Below, one piece after another: positions 1 to 10,227 of a stretch of DNA of 64,000 bases. A program made the position numbers and the translations under genes. The DNA is from Aureliella sp. (GTDB taxonomy: Bacteria > Planctomycetota > Planctomycetia > Pirellulales > Pirellulaceae). The notes below the pieces were generated by a model. The model saw nothing but the letters and a program-made list of their open reading frames with translations, did no database searches and was not told the DNA's origin. The stretch spans positions 2,080,001 to 2,144,000 of the forward strand of contig OY829846.1 of the NCBI GenBank assembly GCA_963691875.1. The letters run 5' to 3'. How positions within the stretch are numbered: position 1 is the first letter of the stretch; every line of letters starts with the position of its first letter.

Positions 1-1725
1 ACTGCCAGACTCGAGCGTCAATGCCTTCGTGATGCGGAGAGGAATTCCCCAAGCGTTTCCGTCACGGCTGAGTTGCAATTGAACTTTGGTTGCCGAGCGC
101 CGGAGCTTGGCTTCAAAGGGCTGGGCGACAAAATCGCCGCGTTCCAGTGCGTCGCCACGCGCGACAGCTTCGCTGGAGACGTCGTTGTCATAGAAGTGCT
201 CAAGGAAGCTCTTGCGTGGGAAACGATCGTACTGCAGTCGCTCTTCCAAGCCGTCTTGCTTGAAGACAACCAAGTCGTGAATGCTGGAAACTTCCTCTTG
301 GGACTGCGCGCTTCCTTGTCGCACTTTAGCGTGATAAGCCTCAGGGCGTCTTTGAATCGTCGCCAGCAAGTTGTGGACGGCATCGCGGACGTCTAACTCG
401 TACATCATCCCACCTTGACTAGGCGCGATGTAGGCAATCAATTTGTCGTTAGACATGCGGACTTCGGGATGTTGATCGAGGTCGAAGTCATCACTCGATG
501 CCTCGACAAACTCGCCCGCTCCGTGCTCGAGGTAATCGAGCTTGTTGTCCGCCGCGATCAGCTCGCGATAGATTGCGTTTCTCAGGTGCGGTAAGTAGAT
601 TCCGCCAAACGCTCCGTGCCAGTACGGACAATTGCACTGACCGCGGTAAAGGTGATCTTCAATCTGACCAAGCAATTCTCCGTCGCCACAGCTCCGACGC
701 GTCGACTCAAGCTTACGACTGACCTGCAGCATGCGTGAGTACATCTCGTTGGCTTCGGTGTATCGGACCTTGAAGTTCCGCCAATTGCCGCCCCGGAAAA
801 ACCGCGACATTTCCTCCCATCGCGGATGATCTTGGAGGTCGTGCGCTAAATCGTCAAACAAGACTTGCTGTGGTGTCGGCAGGGCCCATTCCGTCATCTC
901 ACGATAGCTGCACTCCGGCAAGTAAACTTTGCCAAGCGCCGGTTGCTTTTGAGCAACATTACCCAACGCCTCTGTTTTCAGCCATTCTTGATTTTCGGTC
1001 AAAGCGTCGAAAAACTTCCGCAGCCAACCATCCTGGTACACATGCTCTTTGGTGTTTGGCCAGGTTCCGAATTTCTCGCCATCGTCCCCGAACACGAGGA
1101 TCGCGCCCGGGTGACGTTCTGCAACTTCGCGAGCGTAGGCTATCGTGTCTTCTGGCGGTGCGAAAGGCAGCAGATAGCGGAGTTTTTCACTGCCTGGGTA
1201 AACTCGCAGCAAACTTCCGTCTTCTTCAGTCAGATACCCGCCAAAGAGATCTTGATCGGCCCATCCGGCGGCTTTGAAATGAAAATCATCGAGCACTGTG
1301 TAATCGATACCCGCCCGAGCGATATCTGGCGTTAGACCACTTTCCCAAACCCTTTCCGGCATCCACATCCCGTGGATCTGCGTCTGGAACAACCGGTTGA
1401 GATACGAGCTATAAGCTTGAATCTGCCCAACTCGATCACGGCTGGGAAGCATCGTCAGAATCGGCTCGTAAATGGGACCTCCCAGAATCTCGATCCGTCC
1501 CGCAGCAACTAGCATTCGTACGCGTTCAATGTACTCTGGGTGGTTTGCTTCCAACCATTGCATCAAGGGGCCAGAAGTGTGCAGCGAGATTCTGAGTGCA
1601 TCGTAGCCTTCGAAGACATCTAGAAACGGCAGATAGCTGTCTTGATACGCCTGCTCGAAAACGCCATCAAAATTACCGATGGGTTGATGGTTATGTAAAA
1701 CCAAGCACAAACTGACGTGATTCAT
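1..1725 (-). CDS. Glycoside hydrolase family 57 (alpha-amylase/4-alpha-glucanotransferase), 3' end beyond the window
   Basis: Not in the ORF track, presumably because the stop lies outside the window. Manual translation from ATG at 1725 gives MNHVSLCLVLHNHQPIGNFDGVFEQAYQDSYLPFL. It has GH57 motifs HxHQP, GMWMPERVW (nucleophile Glu) and GDDGEKFG (acid/base Asp). Confidence 0.9.
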   Translation of the reverse strand, partial: MNHVSLCLVLHNHQPIGNFDGVFEQAYQDSYLPFLDVFEGYDALRISLHTSGPLMQWLEANHPEYIERVRMLVAAGRIEILGGPIYEPILTMLPSRDRVGQIQAYSSYLNRLFQTQIHGMWMPERVWESGLTPDIARAGIDYTVLDDFHFKAAGWADQDLFGGYLTEEDGSLLRVYPGSEKLRYLLPFAPPEDTIAYAREVAERHPGAILVFGDDGEKFGTWPNTKEHVYQDGWLRKFFDALTENQEWLKTEALGNVAQKQPALGKVYLPECSYREMTEWALPTPQQVLFDDLAHDLQDHPRWEEMSRFFRGGNWRNFKVRYTEANEMYSRMLQVSRKLESTRRSCGDGELLGQIEDHLYRGQCNCPYWHGAFGGIYLPHLRNAIYRELIAADNKLDYLEHGAGEFVEASSDDFDLDQHPEVRMSNDKLIAYIAPSQGGMMYELDVRDAVHNLLATIQRRPEAYHAKVRQGSAQSQEEVSSIHDLVVFKQDGLEERLQYDRFPRKSFLEHFYDNDVSSEAVARGDALERGDFVAQPFEAKLRRSATKVQLQLSRDGNAWGIPLRITKALTLESGS

Positions 1726-2057
1726 GACTGTCTCAGATGGGTAAGTGAGTGTGCTACTTCTTGGGCGTCGAACAGTTTGCAAAAATGTGACTTGAGCGAA
1801 ACTATAACGGCCTGAGGGATTTTTCTGCCCACTTCGTATCGGCAAGCTATTCGGAGAAAGTAAGCTTTTCCGGGCAATTATCTGCGTCTTTGCCTTCGTA
1901 CAAATCGCTTGTGACGCTTGCAGCGGTAAACAGCAGATTGTCTAGAAACTAAAATGCATCCGCGCACCTGCCAAGCGATTCCGAGTCGGATCGCATGCTT
2001 TGTTTCGAGATAAGGCTGGAGACGACCAAATTCATCAAAATTTCATCAGCACGAAGA

Positions 2058-2966
2058 ATGATTCCAAAGCAAAAACTTGGCGAAACGGGACTGGAAGCGA
2101 CTCGGCTTGGCTACGGCAGCATGGGGCTCCGAGGGCCGAATACTTGGGGAGTTCGCGTTGTCGATGATGAACAATCCGACAGCTTTCTGAACCTGGTGCT
2201 CGACTCAGGAATCAATTTTATCGACACGGCTCCAGCTTACGGTGTCGCCGAGGAGCGGATTGGGCGAGCCATCTCGCATCGACGGGAAGAGTTCTACATT
2301 GCAACGAAGTGCGGCTGTGAGTACGTCCAGCACGAAGATTGTTTAGAGCTCAAGTTCACGATGAAGCCGGAAGTGGTGAAGCGCGACATTGAAACCAGTC
2401 TGCGAAGGATGAAGACTGATTACATCGACTTGCTGCAGTTTCATGGCGGAGATGCTGAGACGCTTGAGCGAGAAGGTCTGATTGACGTGGTACAAAACTT
2501 CAAAGCCCAGGGATTGATTCGCCACATCGGAATCTCAAGTAAAGGCAAGGAACTTGGGGAGCTGCTTGCGATGGATGTCTTTGAGGTATTCCAAGTACCC
2601 TACTCTTGCTTAGCTCCTCAAGAGGAATCTACGATGTCCGTGATAGCAGATACTGGAGCTGGTATCATTGTTCGAGGCGGAGTGGCACACGGTGGCCCCG
2701 ATGCAGAGATCGAAAGACCACTCTTGAATCAAATATGGGAAGAATCAAAGCTCGACGAGCTGGTTCCACCAGAAAACACGAAAGCACAATTCATCCTACG
2801 ACACACCTTGAGCAATTCTCATGCCGGAACGATCATTGTTGGGACATGTAATCCCGACCACATGAAAGAGAACATTGCAGCAGTCGAAAGCGGACCACTT
2901 TCGGAGTCTCTGACTCAAGAGGTCAATCGGCGTGTCAAAGAGTTTAACAGTGAGAAATATGGTTAG
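2058..2966 (+). CDS. Aldo/keto reductase
   Basis: LGETGLEATRLGYG, GINFIDTAPAYG, IATKCG and SLRRMKTDYIDLLQFH motifs. Start placed at MIPKQKLG. Confidence 0.9.
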   Translation: MIPKQKLGETGLEATRLGYGSMGLRGPNTWGVRVVDDEQSDSFLNLVLDSGINFIDTAPAYGVAEERIGRAISHRREEFYIATKCGCEYVQHEDCLELKFTMKPEVVKRDIETSLRRMKTDYIDLLQFHGGDAETLEREGLIDVVQNFKAQGLIRHIGISSKGKELGELLAMDVFEVFQVPYSCLAPQEESTMSVIADTGAGIIVRGGVAHGGPDAEIERPLLNQIWEESKLDELVPPENTKAQFILRHTLSNSHAGTIIVGTCNPDHMKENIAAVESGPLSESLTQEVNRRVKEFNSEKYG

Positions 2967-4410
2967 TTACTTCTCGACGTTCGTCCGAGGCAAGTCTTCC
3001 GTCTCGCATTTCTGCCGCAACGCGTCCATCGCCGCCTTCCTTTTACTGTTGATTTATCAGGGGCGAGCGATTTCCCAAGCTCAGGAGAGCGAGTCCCCCA
3101 ACATTGTCTTGATCATGGCCGATGACCTAGGCTGGAAAGATCTGCATTGCTATGGAAATGAGCACGTCGATACACCCGTGCTAGACAAACTTGCCCGCGC
3201 CGGCATACTCTTCACCGATGCTTACGCCGCGGCCCCGGTTTGCACTCCCACTCGGGCCGCCTTGATGACCGGAGAGTCACCAGCTCGATTGCAAATAACA
3301 AATCACGCTCCTGGTCACGCCCCAGGATTTCAGAAGGAAGGCACTACACTTCAAACACCTGCTTGGAAACGTTATTTGCCTTTAAAGCGAGTTACCCTCG
3401 CAGAGCAGCTCAAAGAGGCGGGTTATACAACGGCCTTTGTTGGCAAGTGGCATCTTTCTTATCGCAAAAAGAAAGACGGAACGCCAACAGAACCTTCACT
3501 GCGACCTGAACACCAGGGCTTCGACGTGAACATTGGCGGCTGCGACTATGGCGGGCCGCCGAGTTATTTCGCACCGTTCCGCAACCCGGCCATGGATGAT
3601 GGCAAAGAACCATATCTACCCGAGAGATGTGCTGACGAATGCGTGGAATTCATGCGTGAATCCAAGAGTCGGAGCCAGCCCTTCTTCTTGTGTTGGTGGA
3701 ATTATTCGGTTCACTATCCTTTCCAAGCACCGGATAAGCTAATCACCAAGTACGAAGAGCGAAACAAGTCGCTGGGCGGTAAGATCCAGAATCCAACTTA
3801 TGCTGCTATGATCGAAGGGATGGATCGTTCGATCGGAACGGTGCTTGAAGGCTTAAAGCAAATGGAGCTAGAGAAGGATACGTTGGTGATTTTCACTTCG
3901 GACAACGGTCCCTTTGCGGCCGATGTGCGTCCACTGCGCGGCGAAAAAGGTTACTTATACGAGGGCGGCATCCGAGTTCCTCTGATGATTCGCTGGCCGG
4001 GGAAGATAAGTCCGAAGCAAACGAGTGCATCGCCAGTCAGCACAATGGATCTTCACCGTACCATTCTGGATGCCGTCAACGTAAACCCCGATTCTAGCAA
4101 TGCACAGGACGGCGTCTCATTGCTACCTATGCTGATTGGTGGAGAGGAGCTGCAGCGCACAAGTCTCTTTTTCCACTATCCGAACTATGCCTTCCACAAG
4201 AAGAATCGCATGGCAAGTGCAATTCGCCGCGGGGAATACAAACTACTGCGGTTCTATGACGATGGCTCTCGGGAGTTGTACGATCTTTCAACCGATATTT
4301 CAGAAAAAGAAAATTTGATGGAAAAAGAGCCAGCTTTGGCGGATTCTATGTCACAGGAGCTAGACGACTGGCTTGAAGAAGTCAGGGCTCAACTGCCTCA
4401 GCATCAATGA
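2959..4410 (+). CDS. Sulfatase (formylglycine-dependent, Cys type)
   Basis: PNIVLIMADDLG, CTPTR (CxPxR), GKWHL, FTSDNG and KGYLYEGGIRVP motifs; N-terminal signal-like segment. Confidence 0.93.
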   Translation: MVSYFSTFVRGKSSVSHFCRNASIAAFLLLLIYQGRAISQAQESESPNIVLIMADDLGWKDLHCYGNEHVDTPVLDKLARAGILFTDAYAAAPVCTPTRAALMTGESPARLQITNHAPGHAPGFQKEGTTLQTPAWKRYLPLKRVTLAEQLKEAGYTTAFVGKWHLSYRKKKDGTPTEPSLRPEHQGFDVNIGGCDYGGPPSYFAPFRNPAMDDGKEPYLPERCADECVEFMRESKSRSQPFFLCWWNYSVHYPFQAPDKLITKYEERNKSLGGKIQNPTYAAMIEGMDRSIGTVLEGLKQMELEKDTLVIFTSDNGPFAADVRPLRGEKGYLYEGGIRVPLMIRWPGKISPKQTSASPVSTMDLHRTILDAVNVNPDSSNAQDGVSLLPMLIGGEELQRTSLFFHYPNYAFHKKNRMASAIRRGEYKLLRFYDDGSRELYDLSTDISEKENLMEKEPALADSMSQELDDWLEEVRAQLPQHQ

Positions 4411-4498
4411 TCCCGCTGCGAAATTCGCGGGGGATCTGTCGAATTGAGCTGGAACAGGCCTCCTGCAAGTCATGCGAGCAACTAGGGAGATCCTTTTT

Positions 4499-4521
4499 CT
4501 CGCCTACGCTTCGGGTTGTGA
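4499..4521. repeat. Solo copy of the TCACAACCCGA(A/G)GCGT repeat family
   Basis: Reverse complement TCACAACCCGAAGCGTAGGCGAG matches the termini of the 9266-9543 element. Confidence 0.6.
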
Positions 4522-4672
4522 TTTGTCACGTTTTGACTTCTGATCAGTCACACTTCCCGCATGCCGGCGAAATGATTACAGCACATGCGAAACCAACAAA
4601 GCCGAGTGTCATGACGCTCACACATGAAAAATTTTTGCGTGCAAGATGAAGGCTTAAATCGTTTTCAAATCT

Positions 4673-5212
4673 ATGAATGAGCAAAACCCATTTTCTCCTC
4701 CAGCTACAGAATTAGGGTCACATCTGCCTGATCCAGACAGAGCTGCGATGTTGCGATTACGTTGGACTCTGGTGTTGTTACTTCCAGGAGCGATTCTCAA
4801 TGCTGTGGTTTGGGATATCAAACTGGTTCATGACACTCCCTTCGTGTGGTTGATGCGGGCTGGCAATGTATTGCTGTTCTTGTTCGGCGTTATTGCGATC
4901 TGGTTCTTTGCCTTGCCTGCCTTAAGGTTTGTTGTCTCGATCATTCATCGGTTGCGAGGACGCAGTACTTTCGACCGCTGGAATGACTGCCTGCTTGAGT
5001 CTTTCCGTCGTTTGCCGCTTTGGGCTGCTCCGGGCTGTGTCTTGTGGTTGATTTGGAGCAGCGTTTTCTTCGCTCAGATTGACGAGCCTGGCTTCGGTCT
5101 CACTACCTTTCTGCTTGCATCAGCCGCGCATCTGCTAGCTGCCTGCTGGTATTTGCCGCTTGTTATAAGGCTAATTCAGATCGAACGCGCTGCTCGCGTT
5201 GCGAGAGATTGA
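4673..5212 (+). CDS. Hypothetical membrane protein (~4 TM) with N-terminal NPFSPP motif
   Basis: 179 aa ORF with four hydrophobic segments. Confidence 0.75.
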   Translation: MNEQNPFSPPATELGSHLPDPDRAAMLRLRWTLVLLLPGAILNAVVWDIKLVHDTPFVWLMRAGNVLLFLFGVIAIWFFALPALRFVVSIIHRLRGRSTFDRWNDCLLESFRRLPLWAAPGCVLWLIWSSVFFAQIDEPGFGLTTFLLASAAHLLAACWYLPLVIRLIQIERAARVARD

Positions 5213-5309
5213 ACTTGCCATGAATCAATTGATGCCGACAAGCACCTCACGGGTCTCATCATTGGTGGTAGAATAGGAGTCGCCCCTCAAGCTGACTTCC
5301 CGCGAGACC

Positions 5310-6275
5310 ATGTCGATGAATGTGCGCAGAGAATTCTTAACCGGCGCAGGTGCCCTTTCACTTGTCCCTTTAACCGCCGCCGTTGGTAAAGGTGCCCCCA
5401 CTGCTTCCCGCGATATCCCAGGCCCACGCCAGACTCAACCGATTGTATTGTCGACGTATTCTCTTTGGCGATTCCGCAACGACGACCTCCGAGACTTCGA
5501 CAAGTGCATTGACTTGGCCGATGAATTTGGTTTCGACGGCGTGGAGCTGTTGCTTTATCAGCTAGAACAGAATGAACTGCTCAGTCATTCAAAACTGATG
5601 AGCTACAAGCGTCGTGCGCTCTCATTGGGTTTACCCTTGGTTGGCATGTCCACACACCAAGGCTTTGTGACGCCAGATCGTGAGAAACGCAAGCACAACA
5701 TAGACCGCACGATTGGCCAAATCGAGATGGCGTACAAGCTAGGAATTCCCGCAATGCGAGTGAATACCGGCCGCTGGGGAACCTCTGGTAGCTTCGATGT
5801 GCTAATGAAGAATCGCGGAATCGAGCCGCCGCTGGAGGGCTACACCGACGAAGATGCGTATCCTTGGGTGATTGAGGCACTTGAGGCATGCATTCCGACA
5901 GCAGAGAAGTGCGGTGTGGTGATGGCACTCGAGAACCACTGGGGCCTAGGTCTCACACCGGAAGGCATATTGCGAATTGTGAACGCAGTGGATTCGCCAT
6001 GGTTGCAAATCACGACGGACACAGGAAATTTCTTGGAAGATCCCTACGAGCGATTAGAGAAGATCGCGCCCCAAACGATTTTTGTTCAAGCCAAGACGTA
6101 CTATGGCGGCGGCCAATGGTATTCTCTCGATCTGGACTATCCCCGTATCGGTAAGATCCTGCAGAAGCACAACTACCGCGGATACATTTCGCTCGAGTTC
6201 GAGGGCATGGAGGATTATCGCACCGCCATTCCAAAGAGCTTAGAGTTGATGCGGAACGTCTTTCCACGCGTTTGA
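5310..6275 (+). CDS. Sugar phosphate isomerase/epimerase (xylose-isomerase-like TIM barrel) with Tat signal
   Basis: RREFL twin-arginine motif; GFDGVEL, ALENHW, DTGNF and YISLEFEG motifs. Confidence 0.88.
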   Translation: MSMNVRREFLTGAGALSLVPLTAAVGKGAPTASRDIPGPRQTQPIVLSTYSLWRFRNDDLRDFDKCIDLADEFGFDGVELLLYQLEQNELLSHSKLMSYKRRALSLGLPLVGMSTHQGFVTPDREKRKHNIDRTIGQIEMAYKLGIPAMRVNTGRWGTSGSFDVLMKNRGIEPPLEGYTDEDAYPWVIEALEACIPTAEKCGVVMALENHWGLGLTPEGILRIVNAVDSPWLQITTDTGNFLEDPYERLEKIAPQTIFVQAKTYYGGGQWYSLDLDYPRIGKILQKHNYRGYISLEFEGMEDYRTAIPKSLELMRNVFPRV

Positions 6276-6313
6276 TGCAGTTTCCAGATTTCATAGTTGA
6301 ATAGGAATTCCCT

Positions 6314-6823
6314 TTGAATTTTCAAATTGAGCAACAAAAACGCAGCAGTTCCAGCTGTATGACCTGGGCGTTGATACTTGGCGGACTTTTGGTCTGCGTT
6401 GTTGTCCTGCCACTTGTCTGTTGTGGAGGATTGGGCTATTTCGCATTCGACTATATGACCGCGCCCATGCAGGCAACAGCCGAGGAGCTTGAACAAAACG
6501 AAGAGGTAGTCGAACGCCTTGGGACACCGATTGAAGTTAGCTACCAGGAGATGCAGATTCGCAATTTCAAGAGCAACGACGGAAATGGCTCGGCTGAAAT
6601 AGAAGCGACTTTCACGGGCCCCGAGGGTAGTGCGAGGGTGAAGGCGAAGCTGGACCAGCAAGATGAAGAGTGGTCAGTCAACGGATGGGAAGCAACTTTT
6701 CCAGACGATACCGTTCTCAAAGGTGGTAACGACTTTACTCCCGCTTCGGAAGGAATAGAGCCTCCAGCCGAAGTTGAGTCTGGAACAGAGCCTGAGACTG
6801 GGGATGAAGAAGTCACCCCTTAG
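6314..6823 (+). CDS. Single-TM protein with Coa1/Tim21-like domain
   Basis: TM helix with CCGG, then EVVERLGTPI...GSAEIEATFTGPEGSARV...W pattern and an acidic tail. Start uncertain. Confidence 0.6.
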   Translation: MNFQIEQQKRSSSSCMTWALILGGLLVCVVVLPLVCCGGLGYFAFDYMTAPMQATAEELEQNEEVVERLGTPIEVSYQEMQIRNFKSNDGNGSAEIEATFTGPEGSARVKAKLDQQDEEWSVNGWEATFPDDTVLKGGNDFTPASEGIEPPAEVESGTEPETGDEEVTP

Positions 6824-6882
6824 CAAGGAGGGCTGGTTAAGGTGCGCTAATTGTTGCTTCTTGAAGACTGTTGCGGCAGAAA

Positions 6883-9264
6883 ATGGATCCTGATTCTTCT
6901 CTAACAGAGACGCAAGCGCAGCAGACCCTAGATGCCTCCTTCGCGGTGCTGGAACTCTGCTTGGAGCAATTAACTCCGCTTGCTCCAGTAAACGATCCTC
7001 AAGAGATACTCGACCTGTTGCCGCCGATTTCAGGGCCCTCCCAGCGACTGGTGCTTGCGGAGCTGATCAAGTACGACCTCTCCTGTGCAGTGGAGCAGGG
7101 GCTCGGGCGCACCTTAGAGTTCTACTGGCCGCAGGTCGCAGAAATTCTTCCGCGGGCCGCGATTCCTTTTGATTTGGTGCTGGAAGAAGTCCAGTTGCTG
7201 CGAGCATTAAGGCAGGATCCCAAGTGGGCCGACTACCGCCAGCGTTTTCCTGACTTGGCCGACACAATCGGAAAATGGCTCGCCGACGGCGAAAACCAAG
7301 CTTTTTCGGCGGGCGGCGGTCAAGTTCCTGAACTACCGATTGGCCAGCAGTTCGATGACTTCCAAATTCATAAACAGCTGGGACAAGGAGCTTTTGCACG
7401 CGTCTATCTCGCTCGCCAAGTTTCCATGCATCGCTTGGTGGCGCTCAAGGCTACGACTCGCGGAAGCGATGAACCGCAAGCGCTCTCACAGCTCGACCAC
7501 ACTAATATCGTGCGAGTCTACGACCAGCGACAAGTCACAGAGCCGCCAACGATCTTGCTCTATATGCAGTATGTGGCCGGTGGGACTTTGGCTGACTGTA
7601 TCAAGCAAGTTCGAGAGCTACCGCGTGAGAAGTGGGTGGGAGGTCGAGTTCTTGAATCGATCGATCATTGTTTGGTAGACGCCAATCAAACGGTCCCAGA
7701 GCAGTCTTCGATTCGTGCTCATGTGCAGGAAATGGAGTGGGCTGAAGTTGTTGCCTGGATCGGTATTCAGCTTGCGCGAGGATTGGATTACGCCGACGAC
7801 AAAGGAGTACTTCACCGAGATGTGAAGCCAGCCAACATTCTGTTGTCCGCCGAGGCGATTCCTAAGCTAGTGGACTTCAATGTGAGTTGCAGCGGTTTGA
7901 ATGGCCGCGTTGGAGCGGCCGCACACTTTGGCGGTTCGTTAGCGTACATGTCTCCAGAACAACTGCAAGTCGCCGATCCAACAGATCGACGAGAAGCGGA
8001 CGAGCTGGACGGCCGTTCGGATTTGTATTCGCTTGGGATCGTGCTCTGGGAACTTTGGCAAGGGAAACGCCCCTGGGCTTTGCACGATGTCGCTGCGAAT
8101 TGGACGGAGGCCGTCCTGATGCAGAGGGACTTGCGGCACCGCAATTGTGAGCTGCAATTTCCGGCAAGAAGGCCTGCCGAGCGAGTTCTGGAACGCGTGT
8201 TGCGAGGACTGTTGCGAGTTGATCCAGAGGACCGTCCGAGTTCAGGTAACGAAGTCGCAGCTCGACTACGCTTTGCCTTTTATCCAGAACTCGCCAATCG
8301 CTTTGAGCCACCCAAAGATAGCTTGGCCCGACGGCTCATGAGTCTGCCTGTTTTGCTGCTCTGCGCGATCCTGATCTTCGGGCCCAACCTGGTAGCCTCG
8401 AGGTTCAATTACTTATACAACTACCATCGCATGGGCGACAAGGCTGAGGCGATGCGTGCTGAAGCTGCAGCCGTCGATATAAAAACACTCGCTACAGAGG
8501 CTGCCGCTCCGGGCGATGGTGAGGCGACGGATGCGACTGCCAAGGGAGAAGCTTCGTGGCTGTGGGGCACGCTTCTATGGCTGTTGGTTGACCTAGAAGG
8601 AGAGAACGAGCATCCGGTTGAACAATATTTTCGCTGGACATCCTTTTACGTCAACATCTTAGTCTACGCGTTGGGGCTGACGCTCTTCGCCACGATTACT
8701 TTGCCATTTGCACGGATCGTGCATGAGGGCAAACAAGGTAAAGTCGCTAGCCAGAAGGACGTGAACTATTTGTGGACAATCGGATATCGCTCCACGCTGA
8801 TCGCGTTCATTCTCTGGGTGGTTTCCGCACTGGTATTTGTCGTCGCGATGTGGACTCGATTTACAGGTAGCTTTAGCGCAATCGAGGCATTGCACTTCTT
8901 CTTCTCGCTGCTTCTCTGCGGTGGCGTCGCTTGGATTTATCCTTATTTCGGCATGACGCTCTTGGCGTTGATGGTTTACTACCCTAACGCCATTGCACCG
9001 GCGATGTCCGACCCGGACTTTGATCGTCGTAGTGCCAGCATGCGGAAGCACAGTTCGTGGTACTTGCTTTCCGCCGCGGCAATCCCCCTGACAGCAATCT
9101 TTGCTCTTGTTCTCGGCGAGCTACATGCGAACTGGGTGCTCACTGGAATCGTCATGACCGCCCTGGGACTCGCTGTCGCTTTCTATGCCAATCTCAAGAT
9201 TGACTCTGTGCTGACGCAATTTGCAAGGGTTCTCGGCGCTCCGAAGCAAAGCGTTGAGATCTAG
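6883..9264 (+). CDS. Hanks-type Ser/Thr protein kinase with C-terminal multi-TM domain
   Basis: LGQGAFARV, VALK, HRDVKPAN, DFN, YMSPEQ and SDLYSLG motifs; about six C-terminal TM segments. Confidence 0.92.
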   Translation: MDPDSSLTETQAQQTLDASFAVLELCLEQLTPLAPVNDPQEILDLLPPISGPSQRLVLAELIKYDLSCAVEQGLGRTLEFYWPQVAEILPRAAIPFDLVLEEVQLLRALRQDPKWADYRQRFPDLADTIGKWLADGENQAFSAGGGQVPELPIGQQFDDFQIHKQLGQGAFARVYLARQVSMHRLVALKATTRGSDEPQALSQLDHTNIVRVYDQRQVTEPPTILLYMQYVAGGTLADCIKQVRELPREKWVGGRVLESIDHCLVDANQTVPEQSSIRAHVQEMEWAEVVAWIGIQLARGLDYADDKGVLHRDVKPANILLSAEAIPKLVDFNVSCSGLNGRVGAAAHFGGSLAYMSPEQLQVADPTDRREADELDGRSDLYSLGIVLWELWQGKRPWALHDVAANWTEAVLMQRDLRHRNCELQFPARRPAERVLERVLRGLLRVDPEDRPSSGNEVAARLRFAFYPELANRFEPPKDSLARRLMSLPVLLLCAILIFGPNLVASRFNYLYNYHRMGDKAEAMRAEAAAVDIKTLATEAAAPGDGEATDATAKGEASWLWGTLLWLLVDLEGENEHPVEQYFRWTSFYVNILVYALGLTLFATITLPFARIVHEGKQGKVASQKDVNYLWTIGYRSTLIAFILWVVSALVFVVAMWTRFTGSFSAIEALHFFFSLLLCGGVAWIYPYFGMTLLALMVYYPNAIAPAMSDPDFDRRSASMRKHSSWYLLSAAAIPLTAIFALVLGELHANWVLTGIVMTALGLAVAFYANLKIDSVLTQFARVLGAPKQSVEI

Positions 9265-9265
9265 A

Positions 9266-9543
9266 TCACAACCCGAGGCGTGAGTTTTTAAGTTGCGCCT
9301 TTCGAATCAGAATTTAGTTTGCTTAGCTCAAGCTTAGTTTTCTGTAGTCATATGCAACTTACTCACCTTGGGGAGAGTCGCGACGAGCACCCACGCTTCG
9401 TGGGTCGGCAAGCGGAGAGGGGCTTAGCCAGGCCTCCCCAGCCGAGAGCACCGACGCGAAGCGTTTGTCTTAGCCGGACTCTCCCGAAAGCGGGAGGGTA
9501 AGTTTGAGAAGTGTAACCTCAAGACTCATACTTCGGGTTATGA
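9266..9543. repeat. MITE/REP-like non-coding element with 33-bp imperfect terminal inverted repeats
   Basis: 9266-9298 versus the reverse complement of 9511-9543: 24/33 identical, mostly transitions. Internal hairpins such as CTCTCCC-GAAAGC-GGGAGGG. Lies between convergent genes. Confidence 0.65.
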
Positions 9544-9567
9544 AGCAGCGTCTCGCGAAGTAGGACA

Positions 9568-10227
9568 TTAATCGTCCGACGCGATGATGGTCGCCGCGCC
9601 AGAATCGTCTCTGGTCATAAGCAATCTGACTTGCGCCAAAGCGTCTGCTTCAGATTCATGGTGAGTGACATGTAACACTGTAATGCCCCAACGCGAGTTG
9701 ATATCTTTGAGCAGCTGCTGCGCGGTCTTGCGCGTTTCAGCATCTAGTGCACTAAGCGGTTCATCTAGCAGTAGCAGTGGGGGTTGGAAAGAAATCGCGC
9801 GGCCCAAAGCAACACGCTGTTTCTCGCCGCCGCTTAGCCCCTTGATGCCTCGTGGGAGCAAGTCGGCAATCTCTAGCACTTGGCTCAGTTCGGACACCCG
9901 CTCTCTTATAACCATCTCCGGTTCGTCCCGGAGACGCATTGCGAACTCAAGGTGCTGCTGAACGGTGAGTGTTGGGAACAGTGCTAAGTCTTGAGGAACG
10001 TACCCAACATTTCTGTCTGCTGGATTCCAACGCGTTACGTCGCGTTCCGCAATGCGAATGCTGCCACATACAATGCTGCGCAGCCCGCATATTGCCTCCA
10101 GAATCGTAGTCTTTCCGATTCCCGTAGGCCCCATCACGATCGCGTACTGACCTGATGCCACCTGGAAACTGATGTTTTCTAGGCGATAGTCACCAGCTTG
10201 GATCGTCACACTGTCTAGTTCAATCAT
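9568..10227 (-). CDS. ABC transporter ATP-binding protein (ModC/CysA-like)
   Basis: Walker A GPTGIGKT, LSGGEKQRV signature, LLLDEP, H-loop VTHH. Start MIELD overlaps the permease stop. Confidence 0.9.
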   Translation of the reverse strand: MIELDSVTIQAGDYRLENISFQVASGQYAIVMGPTGIGKTTILEAICGLRSIVCGSIRIAERDVTRWNPADRNVGYVPQDLALFPTLTVQQHLEFAMRLRDEPEMVIRERVSELSQVLEIADLLPRGIKGLSGGEKQRVALGRAISFQPPLLLLDEPLSALDAETRKTAQQLLKDINSRWGITVLHVTHHESEADALAQVRLLMTRDDSGAATIIASDD

